Shown: positions 37,095-47,531, counted from the first letter of the stretch. The stretch: DNA of 64,000 bases from Longimicrobiales bacterium (GCA_965197725.1 CBDANQ010000058.1:84496-148495), one strand, 5' to 3'. Program-made: numbers and translations. Notes: generated from the letters alone by a model not told the origin.

Positions 37095-37490
37095 TTACCC
37101 CCCTTCTCTCAGTCGCTCCAAGATCTTATCGAACAGCTCCCCCTGCTCCTGGTCGGTGCCGATGATGTAGGAGATGTCCTCGTATTCCTTCGGGGTGAGG
37201 TTATGTTCGTGGAAGATCTGATCGATCCGTTCATCCGCCCTCGCCCGTAGCTCCGCTCTTTGCGCGCTCTCGTGGGACTTGGACATCTCGGTGTGAAGAT
37301 CCTCTCGAACCTCGGTGATCTGAAGATAGATCCTCACGGCGGTCGCGAGCTTGTCTTCTTCGATCGTGCCGGCCCCCAGCTCCCCGACTTCACTCGGTAG
37401 CCGCTGTCCCTGTACGGGTTGGGGAGCACTGAGGGCCGTCAAAGCCAGGCACACCAGAACGACCGTCAAGGGCCCTTTCCTCTTCATCAT
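37095..37490 (-). CDS. DUF4168-like exported helical protein
   Basis: AAGGAAGG RBS; signal peptide ending VQGQ; KLATAVRIYLQI...IFHEHNLTPKEYEDI. Confidence 0.7.
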   Translation of the reverse strand: MMKRKGPLTVVLVCLALTALSAPQPVQGQRLPSEVGELGAGTIEEDKLATAVRIYLQITEVREDLHTEMSKSHESAQRAELRARADERIDQIFHEHNLTPKEYEDISYIIGTDQEQGELFDKILERLREGG

Positions 37491-37629
37491 GATCCAGCCT
37501 TCCTTCGGCGAGTGAGATCTCGCGCCCCCGGCAGCGGTCAAAGCCATCGTCGAAAAATGATTGATCGAGGGAGACATATTAATCTTACCGTGCCATCGCC
37601 AGCCTGTACAAGACCCGGCCCGACACCCG

Positions 37630-37828
37630 GCCCAGCCCGTGTGTAGCATTCCCGTTGCGCCCGAGATGTTTCGGGTGCAGGGCGATGTCCTGAAGCGGCT
37701 ACTGCCCGGAGAGCAGGTAACTCGGCGGCTCGTACGCCCGCCAGGACCCGTGCAACGCCTCCAGGTCCGCTCCGCGTAGTTCCGGATCCGCAGATCCGCC
37801 TGCATCTTGTCGGCCGCAGCTCGCTCAT
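37630..37828 (-). pseudogene. Collapsed relic of a tyrosine recombinase plus IS91-like transposase pair
   Basis: Broken frames read MSELR/DKMQADLRIRNYAERT, LEALHGSWRAYEPPSYLLSGQ*, LQDIALHPKHLG and MLHTGW. Confidence 0.6.
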
Positions 37829-37937
37829 CGGGCTCTCTCCTGGACTGGGTCGCGTTCGACCTCGCAACCTACTCGCCCAGACCTCGGGACCTCGGCCTTA
37901 TTCGGATGACGGGAGCAAGACCGACACATTCTTCCCC

Positions 37938-37966
37938 TTGCCTTTCCTGGCCGCCCTCCATAGGCT
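37938..37966 (+). promoter_or_regulatory. Putative sigma70 promoter homologous to that of PQQ gene 2
   Basis: TTGCCT-17bp-TAGGCT; context similar to 47783-47811. Confidence 0.55.
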
Positions 37967-38085
37967 TTGCATAGGCTCTGCTTGGAGCCAGCCCAGCTTC
38001 GGGGCACCCATTCGGGCGGGCTGTAGCGCCGGTCAGCGTCTACATCAGGGCTGGGGCCGAACAGCACACAAATCGGCTGAGAGGC

Positions 38086-38121
38086 TTGGTGCCCGGCCAC
38101 GAGATGGACGACGCCGAAGAT
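38086..38121 (+). pseudogene. Internal stub of a PQQ-protein gene
   Basis: LVPGHEMDDAED; 38091-38120 matches 49396-49425 at 28/30 nt. Confidence 0.7.
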
Positions 38122-38204
38122 GGTGGCCGAGGCTTGCTGCCGCCTCTCGGGACGGCTATACATGGCCCGGTGACTGTACAGTCGACCGGGGGAGCGTAGC
38201 CCGG

Positions 38205-40433
38205 GTGCAGAGACCAAACCGCCGGACCGGGACCGCCAGAGCTTCTGCGGTACGACCGTGGACTTCCCGGATTCGCGCCCCCGTAGCCGCCGTGGCGCTG
38301 GCGGTAACCGGCTGCGGCGGCGATCCGAACCGGGCCCCGCTTCCTGAATCACCTACCTTCAGCGCCCACGTGGCGCCGATCCTGTATGCGCAGTGCGCCG
38401 GGTGCCATCGACCGGGCCGCGCGGCGCCGTTCCCACTGCTCCGCTACGAGGATGCCCGCGACCGGGCCGACCTAATCGCCGCGGTCACACTCCAGCGACG
38501 GATGCCGCCGTGGCCGCTGGAGCCGGGCGACTACCTTTTCGCCGACGAGCGACGCCTCTCCGAGCGGGAGATCGCGGTGCTAGGCCGCTGGGCCAAGCAG
38601 GGCGCACCGGCAGGCGACATCGCGGCCGCGCCGGCACCGCCAGCCTGGGAAGGCGGCTGGACGTTGGGAGAGCCCGACCTGATCCTGGAGATGCCGGAGC
38701 CGTACACGCTGCCTGCCGGCGGCGGAGAAGTCTTCCGCAACTTCGTGCTGCCGGTCCCGCTGGATCAGACCCGGTACGTCCGGGCGGTGGACCTGCAGCC
38801 GGGCGACGCGATGGTCGTGCACCACGTAGTCATGGCCGTGGACGCGACGGCGGCGTCGCGGCAGGAGGATGCCCTCGATCCCGAGCCGGGTTTCGACGGA
38901 ATGTTCACTCGCAGCGGGGCCAGGCCAGCCGCCGGTTTCTTCGTCGGGTGGACGCCGGGGCGCATACCGCGGCCGAACCCCGAGGGACTCGCCTGGCCGC
39001 TCGAGCCGGGCACGGACTTCGTGATCCAGATGCACCTTCGCCCCCAGGCGCACGCCGCTGCCGTGCGCCCTAGGGTCGGGTTCTATTTCGCCGAAGCACC
39101 GCCTGCGCGGACACCGGTCCTCCTGCGGCTCGGCTCGCAGACCCTCGACATCCCGCCTGGCCAGCCCGATTACGCCGTGACGGACAGCTTGCGGCTCCCC
39201 GTCGACGTCGAGTTGCTCGCGCTCTACCCCCACGCCCACTACTTGGGCAAGCTTATGGACGTGCGGGCGGCGCTCCCGGACGGGGCGGTTCGCCAGATCC
39301 TGCGCATCAACGACTGGGACTTCAACTGGCAGGACGCCTACACCTTCATCCGGCCAGTCCGGCTGCCGGCGGGGACGGTTATCCGTCTGCGTTACGTGTA
39401 TGACAACTCTGCCGCGAACCCCCGTAACCCCCACACCCCGCCACGTCGTGTGGTCTACGGACCCAACTCGACCGACGAGATGGCCGAGCTGTGGATCCAG
39501 GCGCTGCCCCGCTCGCAGAGCCAGCTGGCCGTGCTCCGACAGGAAGTGGCGCACAAGGCGGCGCGCGACCTTGTGGAGGGTTGGGAGCACCTCATCGGGC
39601 TGAACCCGGACGACGCGATGGCCCACGCCAGCCTGGCGGCCTTCTACAGCGCGACGGGCGATCTGGACCGGGTGATCCATCACTACGGCCGGGCAGTACA
39701 GGCTCAACCCGATTTCGCGTCGGCCCATTACAACCTGGGCATCGCGCTGGAGGCGCGGGGCGATCTTGAGGGAGCCGTGCGACACTACCGGGAGGCGCTC
39801 CGGTTCCGGCCAGACCACACCGGCGCTCATAACAACCTGGGCGGTGTGCTACTCGCCTTGCGCCAGACGGACGCCGCTGCCGACCACTTCCGCCGGGCCA
39901 TCGAGCTGGAGCCCGACCACGCCGAGGCGCACAACAACCTGGGCCGACTCCTGTGGGGGGAGGGGGGGACCGACGAGGCCATAGAACACTACCGCCGGGC
40001 GCTGGAGTCCCGCCCCGACATGGCCGCGCCCCGCTTCAACCTGGCAGTGGCGCTCGCCTCGACCGGTCATACTGCGGAAGCGCTGGAAGAGCTCCAGCGC
40101 GCCGCGCCGCGCCTCGGGCCCGGCGCTGTCGAAGCGTACGTGGCCATGGCCTGGCTCCTGGCCACACACCACGACGCCGCCGTGCGCTGGCCCGAGGAAG
40201 CCGTCGTGCTGGCTGAGCGGGCCGCCCAGCTCCTCGGCCGCCCGCACCCGCAGATCCTCGACGTATTGGCGGCGGCTGAAGCAGCAGCCGGCCGCTTCGA
40301 CCGCGCCGCCAGCCTGGCCGACGAGGCGGCTCGGCTCGCCACCGTCGCCCGCGAGCTCGAGCTGGCCACCAGCATCCGCGGGCGTCTCCAGCTTTACCTC
40401 CAGAGGCGGCCGTACATCGAGCCACCTCGCTGA
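38205..40433 (+). CDS. Lipoprotein: cytochrome c + copper type II (PHM/DBH-like) monooxygenase + TPR domains
   Basis: Lipobox VTGC; CAGCH...RRMPPW; VVHHVV, IQMHL, YPHAHYLG, TDEMAEL; C-terminal TPRs; GTG start inferred. Confidence 0.85.
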   Translation: MQRPNRRTGTARASAVRPWTSRIRAPVAAVALAVTGCGGDPNRAPLPESPTFSAHVAPILYAQCAGCHRPGRAAPFPLLRYEDARDRADLIAAVTLQRRMPPWPLEPGDYLFADERRLSEREIAVLGRWAKQGAPAGDIAAAPAPPAWEGGWTLGEPDLILEMPEPYTLPAGGGEVFRNFVLPVPLDQTRYVRAVDLQPGDAMVVHHVVMAVDATAASRQEDALDPEPGFDGMFTRSGARPAAGFFVGWTPGRIPRPNPEGLAWPLEPGTDFVIQMHLRPQAHAAAVRPRVGFYFAEAPPARTPVLLRLGSQTLDIPPGQPDYAVTDSLRLPVDVELLALYPHAHYLGKLMDVRAALPDGAVRQILRINDWDFNWQDAYTFIRPVRLPAGTVIRLRYVYDNSAANPRNPHTPPRRVVYGPNSTDEMAELWIQALPRSQSQLAVLRQEVAHKAARDLVEGWEHLIGLNPDDAMAHASLAAFYSATGDLDRVIHHYGRAVQAQPDFASAHYNLGIALEARGDLEGAVRHYREALRFRPDHTGAHNNLGGVLLALRQTDAAADHFRRAIELEPDHAEAHNNLGRLLWGEGGTDEAIEHYRRALESRPDMAAPRFNLAVALASTGHTAEALEELQRAAPRLGPGAVEAYVAMAWLLATHHDAAVRWPEEAVVLAERAAQLLGRPHPQILDVLAAAEAAAGRFDRAASLADEAARLATVARELELATSIRGRLQLYLQRRPYIEPPR

Positions 40434-40592
40434 GTCGCTCCACTCTGCCCTTCGCCTGAGCCCCCACCAATCTGAGCTGTTGACCATGTAATTCCCAGTG
40501 GGAAGGGTAGTTATGGGGCCTTTTGCGACACCCCGAATGGCCAGGTCCTGCTCCCGACGGCCGGGGCCGAGGCGAGGACCGCCCGCAGTTGA

Positions 40593-40621
40593 TTGCGTGG
40601 GCGTTGCCGGGATGCTACGTT
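40593..40621 (+). promoter_or_regulatory. Putative sigma70 promoter of susC copy 2
   Basis: TTGCGT-17bp-TACGTT with a TG extension; homologous to 24837-24865. Confidence 0.6.
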
Positions 40622-40709
40622 GCGATTTCGTGTAGAAATGCACGGAGAAATGCACGGAGAGAAGAGATGTACGGAGGAGGAGTCTTACTGCAATAAGGAG
40701 AGTAGAATC

Positions 40710-43688
40710 ATGAGAATCCCTCGTCAGTTCTTCGTTCACGGGGCCATCGCTTTGGCCCTGATGGCGATGGCTGCCGGTTCGCTGCGCGCGCAGACGGGCA
40801 CCTTAAGCGGGCAGGTGCTGGATGGCAGCACCCTGGCGCCCCTCTCGGGCACGCAGGTCAGCATCCTAGCGCGAAACATAGGAGCGCTGGCCCGCGCCGA
40901 CGGCCGCTTCCTGATCCCCGGCGTCCCGGCCGGGACGCACGAGGTTGAGTTCCGGATCATTGGCTATGCACTGCAGACGCAGGAGGTCACGGTCGTGGCC
41001 GGCCAGAGCGTCACCGTGAATGTCGAGATGCAATCCCAGGCGATCGCCCTCGATGAGCTGGTGGTCACCGGGACAGGGGTCGTGACGGAGCGGCGCCGGC
41101 TCGGGCAGACGGTGGCCAGCATCAGCGGCGCTGCGTTGGAAGTGTCGCCTATATCCAATGTATCGGAAATGCTGCGGGGGCGGATCTCCGGGATGTTTGG
41201 GCAGCCACACGGCGAGGTGGGCGCCGCCAATCGGATCGTCCTCCGGGGCGGAGTAAGTCTCACTCAGCGGAACGACCCGTTGATCTACATCGACGGCGTC
41301 CGCATCGACAACAGGATTAGGCGTTTCAGCTCGCCCCTCGACCAGCTTAACCCGAACGACATCGAGCGGATCGAGGTGATCAAAGGGGCGGCGGCCGCGA
41401 CCCTCTACGGTACCGAGGCGTCCAGCGGCGTGATCCAGATCTTCACGAAACGGGGTAGTGTTGGGGACCCTGTCTTTTCGTTCATGGTGGAGCAGGGGCT
41501 CAATTACCTCGAACCCGGCCGTCTCCGTGGTAACTCGGGCTACAACCCCGTAACGAAGAGCGTCGTCTTTAGCGACCCGTTCGAGGAGAACCGGCGAACC
41601 GGCCACCTCCAGGATTACTCCCTGTCCGTTAACGGCGGGGGAGCGCAAGTGCAGTATTTTGCTTCGGCGCGCATGCAGCGCGAGGAGGACACGCAACCGT
41701 CGGACCAGCTCACAAACGTTTCTCTGCGCACGGGTGTCAACATCCAGCCTTTGGAAAAGCTCCAGACCCGCTTGGATGTCATGTTGGTTCGGAGCGATAT
41801 CGACAGGTTAGGAGGAGGCCCAGGCGGCACTGGCAAGGGGAATTTGCCAGTCATAACCACCCTCGCGAACCCGGGGACGACGGACGCGGTCCGGGTGTAT
41901 GGCGAGACGTGGGGCACGGTTGCCGGGTACTTCCAGCAGATAGGCGAGATAGGCACCGACCAGCTCACCGTCAGTGGATCGGCCATCTATGCATGGCTGC
42001 CCAACGTCTCATCCGAGCTCACTGTCGGCTTCAACCAGGTTGACATCGAGGAGATAGGGACCATCCGCCAGGGCACTGACGCCGGCGACCCAGACGGCTT
42101 GCGCGGTGTCTACAACGAGGAGCGAACGGCCACGACCGTGGACTTTAAGACCTCCTGGCAGCAGGACTTCGGCGAGAACCTGACCTCCACGTTCGTGGTC
42201 GGCGGCCAGAGCTTCTGGGAGGACAGGTGGATTCGGGAGGCCGCCGTGCGAAACTTCTCCTCGCCGGCCCTGGGCACGCTGCGGGGTGGATCTACCGTCA
42301 CCAAGCTGGACGAGTGGTTTGAAGAGGTCATCAACGCCGGCGTGTACGTCCAGGAGCAGATCGGGTTGTGGGACAAGGTCTTTGTGACTGGCGGCGTCCG
42401 CGCCGACGGCAACTCCGCCTTCGGTCAGGACTTCGGATTCGAGGTGTACCCCAAGGCCGGAGTCTCCTGGGTCGTCTCAGACCACGATTTCTGGGACTTC
42501 GCGGGCTTCGAGCAGTTCCGCGTGCGTGCGGCGATCGGCGCGGCGGGGCTGCAGCCCGGCTCGTTCGATGCCCTGCGGACGTGGCAGCCTAACGCGCTCA
42601 TCAATAACCTCCCGGCCGTGTCGCCCTTGAATCTCGGCAACGCGGATCTGAAGCCGGAGCGCTCCATCGAGCGGGAGCTGGGGGCTGAGCTCGGCCTTTT
42701 AGGGGGCCGCGTGGGCGTCGAGTTCGTATACTTCAACCAAGAGACCAAGGACGGCTTGCTGGCGCTGCCGTCCCCGCACTCGCTGGGGTTCGGCGAGCCA
42801 CAGCTCACGAACGTGGCCGCCCTCAAGTCGTCCGGAATCGAGGCGTCGCTGAACGTAACCTGGATTCAGCGTCCGAATCTCACCTGGCGGACCACCACCC
42901 AGATCGGTACGCTGAGCCAGGAGATTACCGACATCGGTGGCATTCAACGCTTCAGGATAGGGGGGAACCGGCGCCAAAACTATATCGCGGTGGGTTACAT
43001 GCCTGGCGCGACCCTGGCATCCGTGGCAGATCCCGGCAACCCGTACCGCGTTGGGGTGCCTATCGAGCAGTTGTCGACGCTGGATGAGATCAATCCCAAC
43101 TTCCTCAAGAACGCGGCGGGCGGGGACTCCCTCGTCTTCCAAGGCAATCCGGTTCCGACGACGACGGGGAGTTTCTCCTCTAGTCTCGATCTCCCCGGGG
43201 GCTTCCGGGTCAACGCGGTCTTCGATGGAGCCGCTGGTTTCATGATGCTCTGTGCAACGTGTATCACCCGGACAGCCATCAAGAACGAGGCGTGGCTGGC
43301 CGAGTGGGAGCGCGAGCTGGATGACCCGAGCACCTCGACCGCGAGGCGGCAGGAGATCGCCGACGAGTATGGGACCACCGGCAACCATCGCAGATTCTCG
43401 GACTTCATGTCCAAGGCCGACTACATCAGATTCGCGGAGCTTGGCGTTACCTATCAGGTGCCCGAGAACATCACCGGGGGATTGGGTGCGAGCACGATGC
43501 AGGTCACCCTGGCGAGCCGTCGCCTGGCGCTCTGGACCAAGTACAAGCCCTCGTTCGGCCGCAGCGGCTTTACGGATCCCGGGAGCAGCCGGCTTGTTCC
43601 TGAATCTGCGGGACTGACCATGAATATGGATGATTGGGCACTACCCCCGCCGCAGCGCTTCGTCATTCGGGTTCAAGCAACGTTCTAG
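40710..43688 (+). CDS. SusC/RagA-family TonB-dependent receptor, copy 2
   Basis: MRIPRQFFVHG start as in copy 1; LDELVVTG; IEVIKGAAAATLYG; LKPERS; C-terminal Phe. Confidence 0.95.
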   Translation: MRIPRQFFVHGAIALALMAMAAGSLRAQTGTLSGQVLDGSTLAPLSGTQVSILARNIGALARADGRFLIPGVPAGTHEVEFRIIGYALQTQEVTVVAGQSVTVNVEMQSQAIALDELVVTGTGVVTERRRLGQTVASISGAALEVSPISNVSEMLRGRISGMFGQPHGEVGAANRIVLRGGVSLTQRNDPLIYIDGVRIDNRIRRFSSPLDQLNPNDIERIEVIKGAAAATLYGTEASSGVIQIFTKRGSVGDPVFSFMVEQGLNYLEPGRLRGNSGYNPVTKSVVFSDPFEENRRTGHLQDYSLSVNGGGAQVQYFASARMQREEDTQPSDQLTNVSLRTGVNIQPLEKLQTRLDVMLVRSDIDRLGGGPGGTGKGNLPVITTLANPGTTDAVRVYGETWGTVAGYFQQIGEIGTDQLTVSGSAIYAWLPNVSSELTVGFNQVDIEEIGTIRQGTDAGDPDGLRGVYNEERTATTVDFKTSWQQDFGENLTSTFVVGGQSFWEDRWIREAAVRNFSSPALGTLRGGSTVTKLDEWFEEVINAGVYVQEQIGLWDKVFVTGGVRADGNSAFGQDFGFEVYPKAGVSWVVSDHDFWDFAGFEQFRVRAAIGAAGLQPGSFDALRTWQPNALINNLPAVSPLNLGNADLKPERSIERELGAELGLLGGRVGVEFVYFNQETKDGLLALPSPHSLGFGEPQLTNVAALKSSGIEASLNVTWIQRPNLTWRTTTQIGTLSQEITDIGGIQRFRIGGNRRQNYIAVGYMPGATLASVADPGNPYRVGVPIEQLSTLDEINPNFLKNAAGGDSLVFQGNPVPTTTGSFSSSLDLPGGFRVNAVFDGAAGFMMLCATCITRTAIKNEAWLAEWERELDDPSTSTARRQEIADEYGTTGNHRRFSDFMSKADYIRFAELGVTYQVPENITGGLGASTMQVTLASRRLALWTKYKPSFGRSGFTDPGSSRLVPESAGLTMNMDDWALPPPQRFVIRVQATF

Positions 43689-43730
43689 CGTCCTGATACA
43701 AGGCAGACTAGCGGAAGGGAGGCATAGGCC

Positions 43731-45014
43731 ATGATGCAGCAACTGCAGTGCAAGAGGACGCCAGCAGCGATGGCAAGAGGAGCGACGGCGATCTGGCTCC
43801 TCGTGTTGACGGCCTTCGTGGGGGCCGGGTGCGGCGATCTTTTCGACGTCGAGAACCCCACGAACATCGAAGACGAGGGGCTGAATGATCCGCGCATGCT
43901 GGACGCGATCTCAAACTCGCCCCAGGGGGCCTTCTCCATCGGCTACGACAACGTTCTTGTCCACGCGGGCACCGTCGCCGACGAGATCAATTTTGTGACG
44001 ACCTACACCCTTTACCTCGAGTTTGATTTGGGGGTCATGGACAGCCCGAGCCATGAGCGCGACCGGTTGTACCGCGACATGAGCGTGGCCCGATGGGTCG
44101 GGGACGACATGATCGCGCGCCTCGGGGATCTCCTCGATTCGCCTGACACCGATCGGCGCATGGCAGACGCCCACTACTGGGCGGGGCTCTCCCGGGTGGT
44201 CCTGGCGGACCATTTCGAGGAAGTGCCCATCGATGCGGGTCCCCCGAACACGCCCGCGGCGATCTACGAGCAGTCGCTGGTCTACTTCGACAGGGTCGCG
44301 CAGATCGCCGGCGCCGCGGGCGACGCGAATCTGCAAGCGGCGGCGATGGGTTCGAAGGCGCGGGCCCTCCGGTCGCTGTATTTCGAGCGTGGCATGCAGG
44401 CGTCGGATTTTGATGCTGCGAGGCAAGCGGCGGAGCAGGCGCTGGCGACAAAGTCCGATTACTGGCTGGATGTCGGCTACGAGCTGCCTGGGAGCGCAAA
44501 CTGGGCTTATGAACGCCTCAGCACCGGGGTAATCGACCACATCATGGATCCACGTTTCGCCAACATGATAGACCCGGTGAGCGGAGAGCTGGATCCGCGG
44601 ATCCAGCACACCGCGCTCGTCGGTATCGCGCGGAATAGCCGGGAGCACTACCACCAACTGAAGTATCCTGCGTTTGGCTCGGACATTCCCGTCAGCCGCT
44701 GGCAGGAGGCGGGCTTGATTGCGGCCGAAGCCCACCTGGTCGCGGGCAACATGTCCGGGGCGGTGGACCAGATCAATCTCGTTCGTGCGGGCGCGGGGTT
44801 GCCGGCGTTCTCCAGCAGCGATGCGGACGAGATCTTGACCCAGCTCAAGTACGAGCGCCAGGTAGAGTTTTGGTTGGAAGGCCGGCGCTGGCAGGACCAC
44901 CGTTACTACGGGACTATCCCTCAGGAGTGGGAGCTCCTGCAGGCGGCGAAAGGCGTCAACCGTCGCTGGCCAGTGTCTGCGGAGGAGCGCGACAGGAACG
45001 AGAACTTCCGGTAG
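43731..45014 (+). CDS. RagB/SusD-family lipoprotein, copy 2
   Basis: GAGC-GDLFDVENP lipobox; ERQVEFWLEGRRWQDHR; alternative start at 43770. Confidence 0.9.
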   Translation: MMQQLQCKRTPAAMARGATAIWLLVLTAFVGAGCGDLFDVENPTNIEDEGLNDPRMLDAISNSPQGAFSIGYDNVLVHAGTVADEINFVTTYTLYLEFDLGVMDSPSHERDRLYRDMSVARWVGDDMIARLGDLLDSPDTDRRMADAHYWAGLSRVVLADHFEEVPIDAGPPNTPAAIYEQSLVYFDRVAQIAGAAGDANLQAAAMGSKARALRSLYFERGMQASDFDAARQAAEQALATKSDYWLDVGYELPGSANWAYERLSTGVIDHIMDPRFANMIDPVSGELDPRIQHTALVGIARNSREHYHQLKYPAFGSDIPVSRWQEAGLIAAEAHLVAGNMSGAVDQINLVRAGAGLPAFSSSDADEILTQLKYERQVEFWLEGRRWQDHRYYGTIPQEWELLQAAKGVNRRWPVSAEERDRNENFR

Positions 45015-45390
45015 AGGGACTTCCATCCGACAAAGGGAGGAGGAGAGGGGCTGGGCCGGCCTGGCACTGGCGGTACCAGCCCTAATCTTCATGCAAGAGC
45101 GACACGGCGGTGGCTACTTTGGGCTTCGGGCTTCGCCGGATGGGCGGGAATGGGGATCGGTGAGCGCGGTAGCGGCGTGGTCGACCTGGTCATCATCGCA
45201 GCTGGCCTTGGACGGTCGGAGCCGGTGTCACGGACCAGCGTAGCTTCATGACTCGTCAGCAGGAGTCATCAACTCATGACGGGCGTGCAACCCAGCGTGA
45301 GCGTGAGGGCCGGAAGATGTTTTGAGATGCTCGTCCTCAGCACCCCTTAATTCTGTATTCTTTAAATTCTGTAATTCTGTGAGGAAGAAG

Positions 45391-47460
45391 ATGATGAGAC
45401 CAGACCTGCGGCTCGTGCTGCAATCGACGTCCGCGCTGTGCTCGGCCCTGGCGCTCGCGGTCCTCTTGGTCGCACCGGCCTCTGCCTTGTCCCAGGACCG
45501 AGGCAGCCCGGAAGGGGAATGGCGCTACCAGAGTGGGGACGCCTGGGGCACCCGGTTTTCGCCCGCTGACCAGATCGACGCCAGCAACTTCGAGGACATA
45601 GAGGTGGGCTGGATCTGGAAAGCGGACAACTTCGGGCCCAACGTCGATACCCAATTCAAGTCGACGCCAAGCTACGTCGACGGCATGCTCTACACCCTGG
45701 CCGGCGCACGCCGTACGGTGGTCGCCATCGATCCGGCTACCGGGGAGACCTTGTGGACCTACCGCGAGCCCTTCACGCAGCGGTGGGAGCGCTCCATGCG
45801 GAAGAACTACGGCAAGGGCGTGGCGCACGGCGAGGTGGACGGCCGTGGTGTGATCTACTACATCAGCCCTGCCTTCTTCCTGCATGCCCTGGACGCGAAG
45901 ACCGGCCAGCATCTGGAGAACTGGGGGAGGTCCGTGCCGCTCGACGGATTCCCCAAGACCGGAGTGGTGGACCTCCTGGCGGACCTCGACCACCCCTACG
46001 ATGTGGACTACGGGGTTGACAGGGACGTCGGATACATCACCAGCTCCTCGCCCCCCATCGTCGTGAACGGTGTGGTGGTGGTGGGTAACTCCTCCGAGCA
46101 GGGCTACAACCAGACCCGCCGGGAGAACGTGGCTGGCGACATCCTGGCGTATGACGCCCGGACGGGGGAGCACATGTGGAAGTTCAACGTGATCCCGAGG
46201 CCCGGGGAGTTCGGGCACGAGACTTGGGAGAACGACGCCTGGTCCTACACGGGCAACGTCGCCTCCTGGGCCCCCATGTCGGCCGACCTGGAGCGGGGGA
46301 TCGTCTACATTCCCACCGACGCGGGGGTGAACGACTTCTACAAGGGCTACTCGCCGGGGGACAATCTTTTCGCCACCAGCGTCATCGCCCTCGACGTCCA
46401 GACCGGCGAGCGGGTGTGGCACTTCCAGACGGTACACCACGACATCTGGAACTACGACAATCCCAACGTCCCGATCGTGATGGACATCACGGTGGACGGA
46501 CGCCGGATCCCGGCGGTGTCTCAGCCCACGAAACAGGGTTTCCTGTACACGTTCAACCGGGAAACGGGCGAGCCGGTGTGGCCCATCGAGGAGCGCCCGG
46601 TTCTCCAGTCGAAGGTCCCTGGCGAGCAGACGTCACCCACGCAGCCCTTCCCCACGTGGCCGGCTGCATACGAGAGGCAGGGGATCAGCGAGGACGACCT
46701 CATCGATTTCACGCCAGAGCTCCGGCGGCAGGCCCTGGAGATCGCCAGCGACTACGAGCTGGGACCCCTCTTCCTTCCTTCCCTGCACCGGGACAACCAG
46801 GACGGCAAGACCGCGGCAGTCAGCTGCCCTCAAGGTGCGGTGAACATCACGCATCCGACGTCCATGGACCCTGAGACGGGGATCATGTACGTCTCGTCCT
46901 CGTTCAGCTGTTATTCGGGTGCCCTGTGGCCCGGCCATGAGATGGACGACCCCGAAGACCCCTTCAATACGGGTGTGACGGTCATGGACTGGGTCTCCGG
47001 CGGCCCAGGTGGCTTTGGCCTTGCCGGCCCCCAGGGTCTCCCGCTTTGGAAGCCTCCCTACAGCCGGATCACCGCCATCGACATGAACACGGGCGAGCAC
47101 CTCTGGTGGGTCCCCAACGGGGACACGCCGGAGGCCATCAAGAACCATCCCGCCCTGCGCGGGGTGGACCTACCCAACACCGGCCAGACCAGTGCGGCCA
47201 TCACGCTGGTCACACGCAGCCTGCTCATCACGACTGAGGGCCAGAGGGGACGACCCGTCCTCCATGCCCTCGACAAGAAGACCGGCGAGCGCCTGGGAAC
47301 CGTCCAGCTTCCGGCCGCCGGCCAGTACGGCATGATGACCTACATGCACGAAGGGTGGCAGTACATCGCGGTGCAGGTCGGGGGCGGGGGAGAGTTGTCG
47401 GGCTCGGGGCTGGTGGTGCTTGCGCTACCGGGTGCCGCCCAGGCAGAAGTGCACCACTAA
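45391..47460 (+). CDS. PQQ-binding beta-propeller (quinoprotein glucose dehydrogenase-like), paralog A
   Basis: Signal peptide; repeated AxDxxTG...W docking motifs; [56 protein letters not shown]. Confidence 0.9.
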   Translation: MMRPDLRLVLQSTSALCSALALAVLLVAPASALSQDRGSPEGEWRYQSGDAWGTRFSPADQIDASNFEDIEVGWIWKADNFGPNVDTQFKSTPSYVDGMLYTLAGARRTVVAIDPATGETLWTYREPFTQRWERSMRKNYGKGVAHGEVDGRGVIYYISPAFFLHALDAKTGQHLENWGRSVPLDGFPKTGVVDLLADLDHPYDVDYGVDRDVGYITSSSPPIVVNGVVVVGNSSEQGYNQTRRENVAGDILAYDARTGEHMWKFNVIPRPGEFGHETWENDAWSYTGNVASWAPMSADLERGIVYIPTDAGVNDFYKGYSPGDNLFATSVIALDVQTGERVWHFQTVHHDIWNYDNPNVPIVMDITVDGRRIPAVSQPTKQGFLYTFNRETGEPVWPIEERPVLQSKVPGEQTSPTQPFPTWPAAYERQGISEDDLIDFTPELRRQALEIASDYELGPLFLPSLHRDNQDGKTAAVSCPQGAVNITHPTSMDPETGIMYVSSSFSCYSGALWPGHEMDDPEDPFNTGVTVMDWVSGGPGGFGLAGPQGLPLWKPPYSRITAIDMNTGEHLWWVPNGDTPEAIKNHPALRGVDLPNTGQTSAAITLVTRSLLITTEGQRGRPVLHALDKKTGERLGTVQLPAAGQYGMMTYMHEGWQYIAVQVGGGGELSGSGLVVLALPGAAQAEVHH

Positions 47461-47489
47461 CCTACCCGCACGAAGAGCGGCATAGTCAA

Positions 47490-47531
47490 GGCCGGGCTCG
47501 GGGGACTTTCTCTTATCCCCCGGGTCCGGCC
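47490..47531 (+). terminator. GC-rich hairpin after PQQ gene A
   Basis: GGCCGGGCTCGGGGGA...TCCCCCGGGTCCGGCC; repeated at 49951-49992. Confidence 0.6.
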
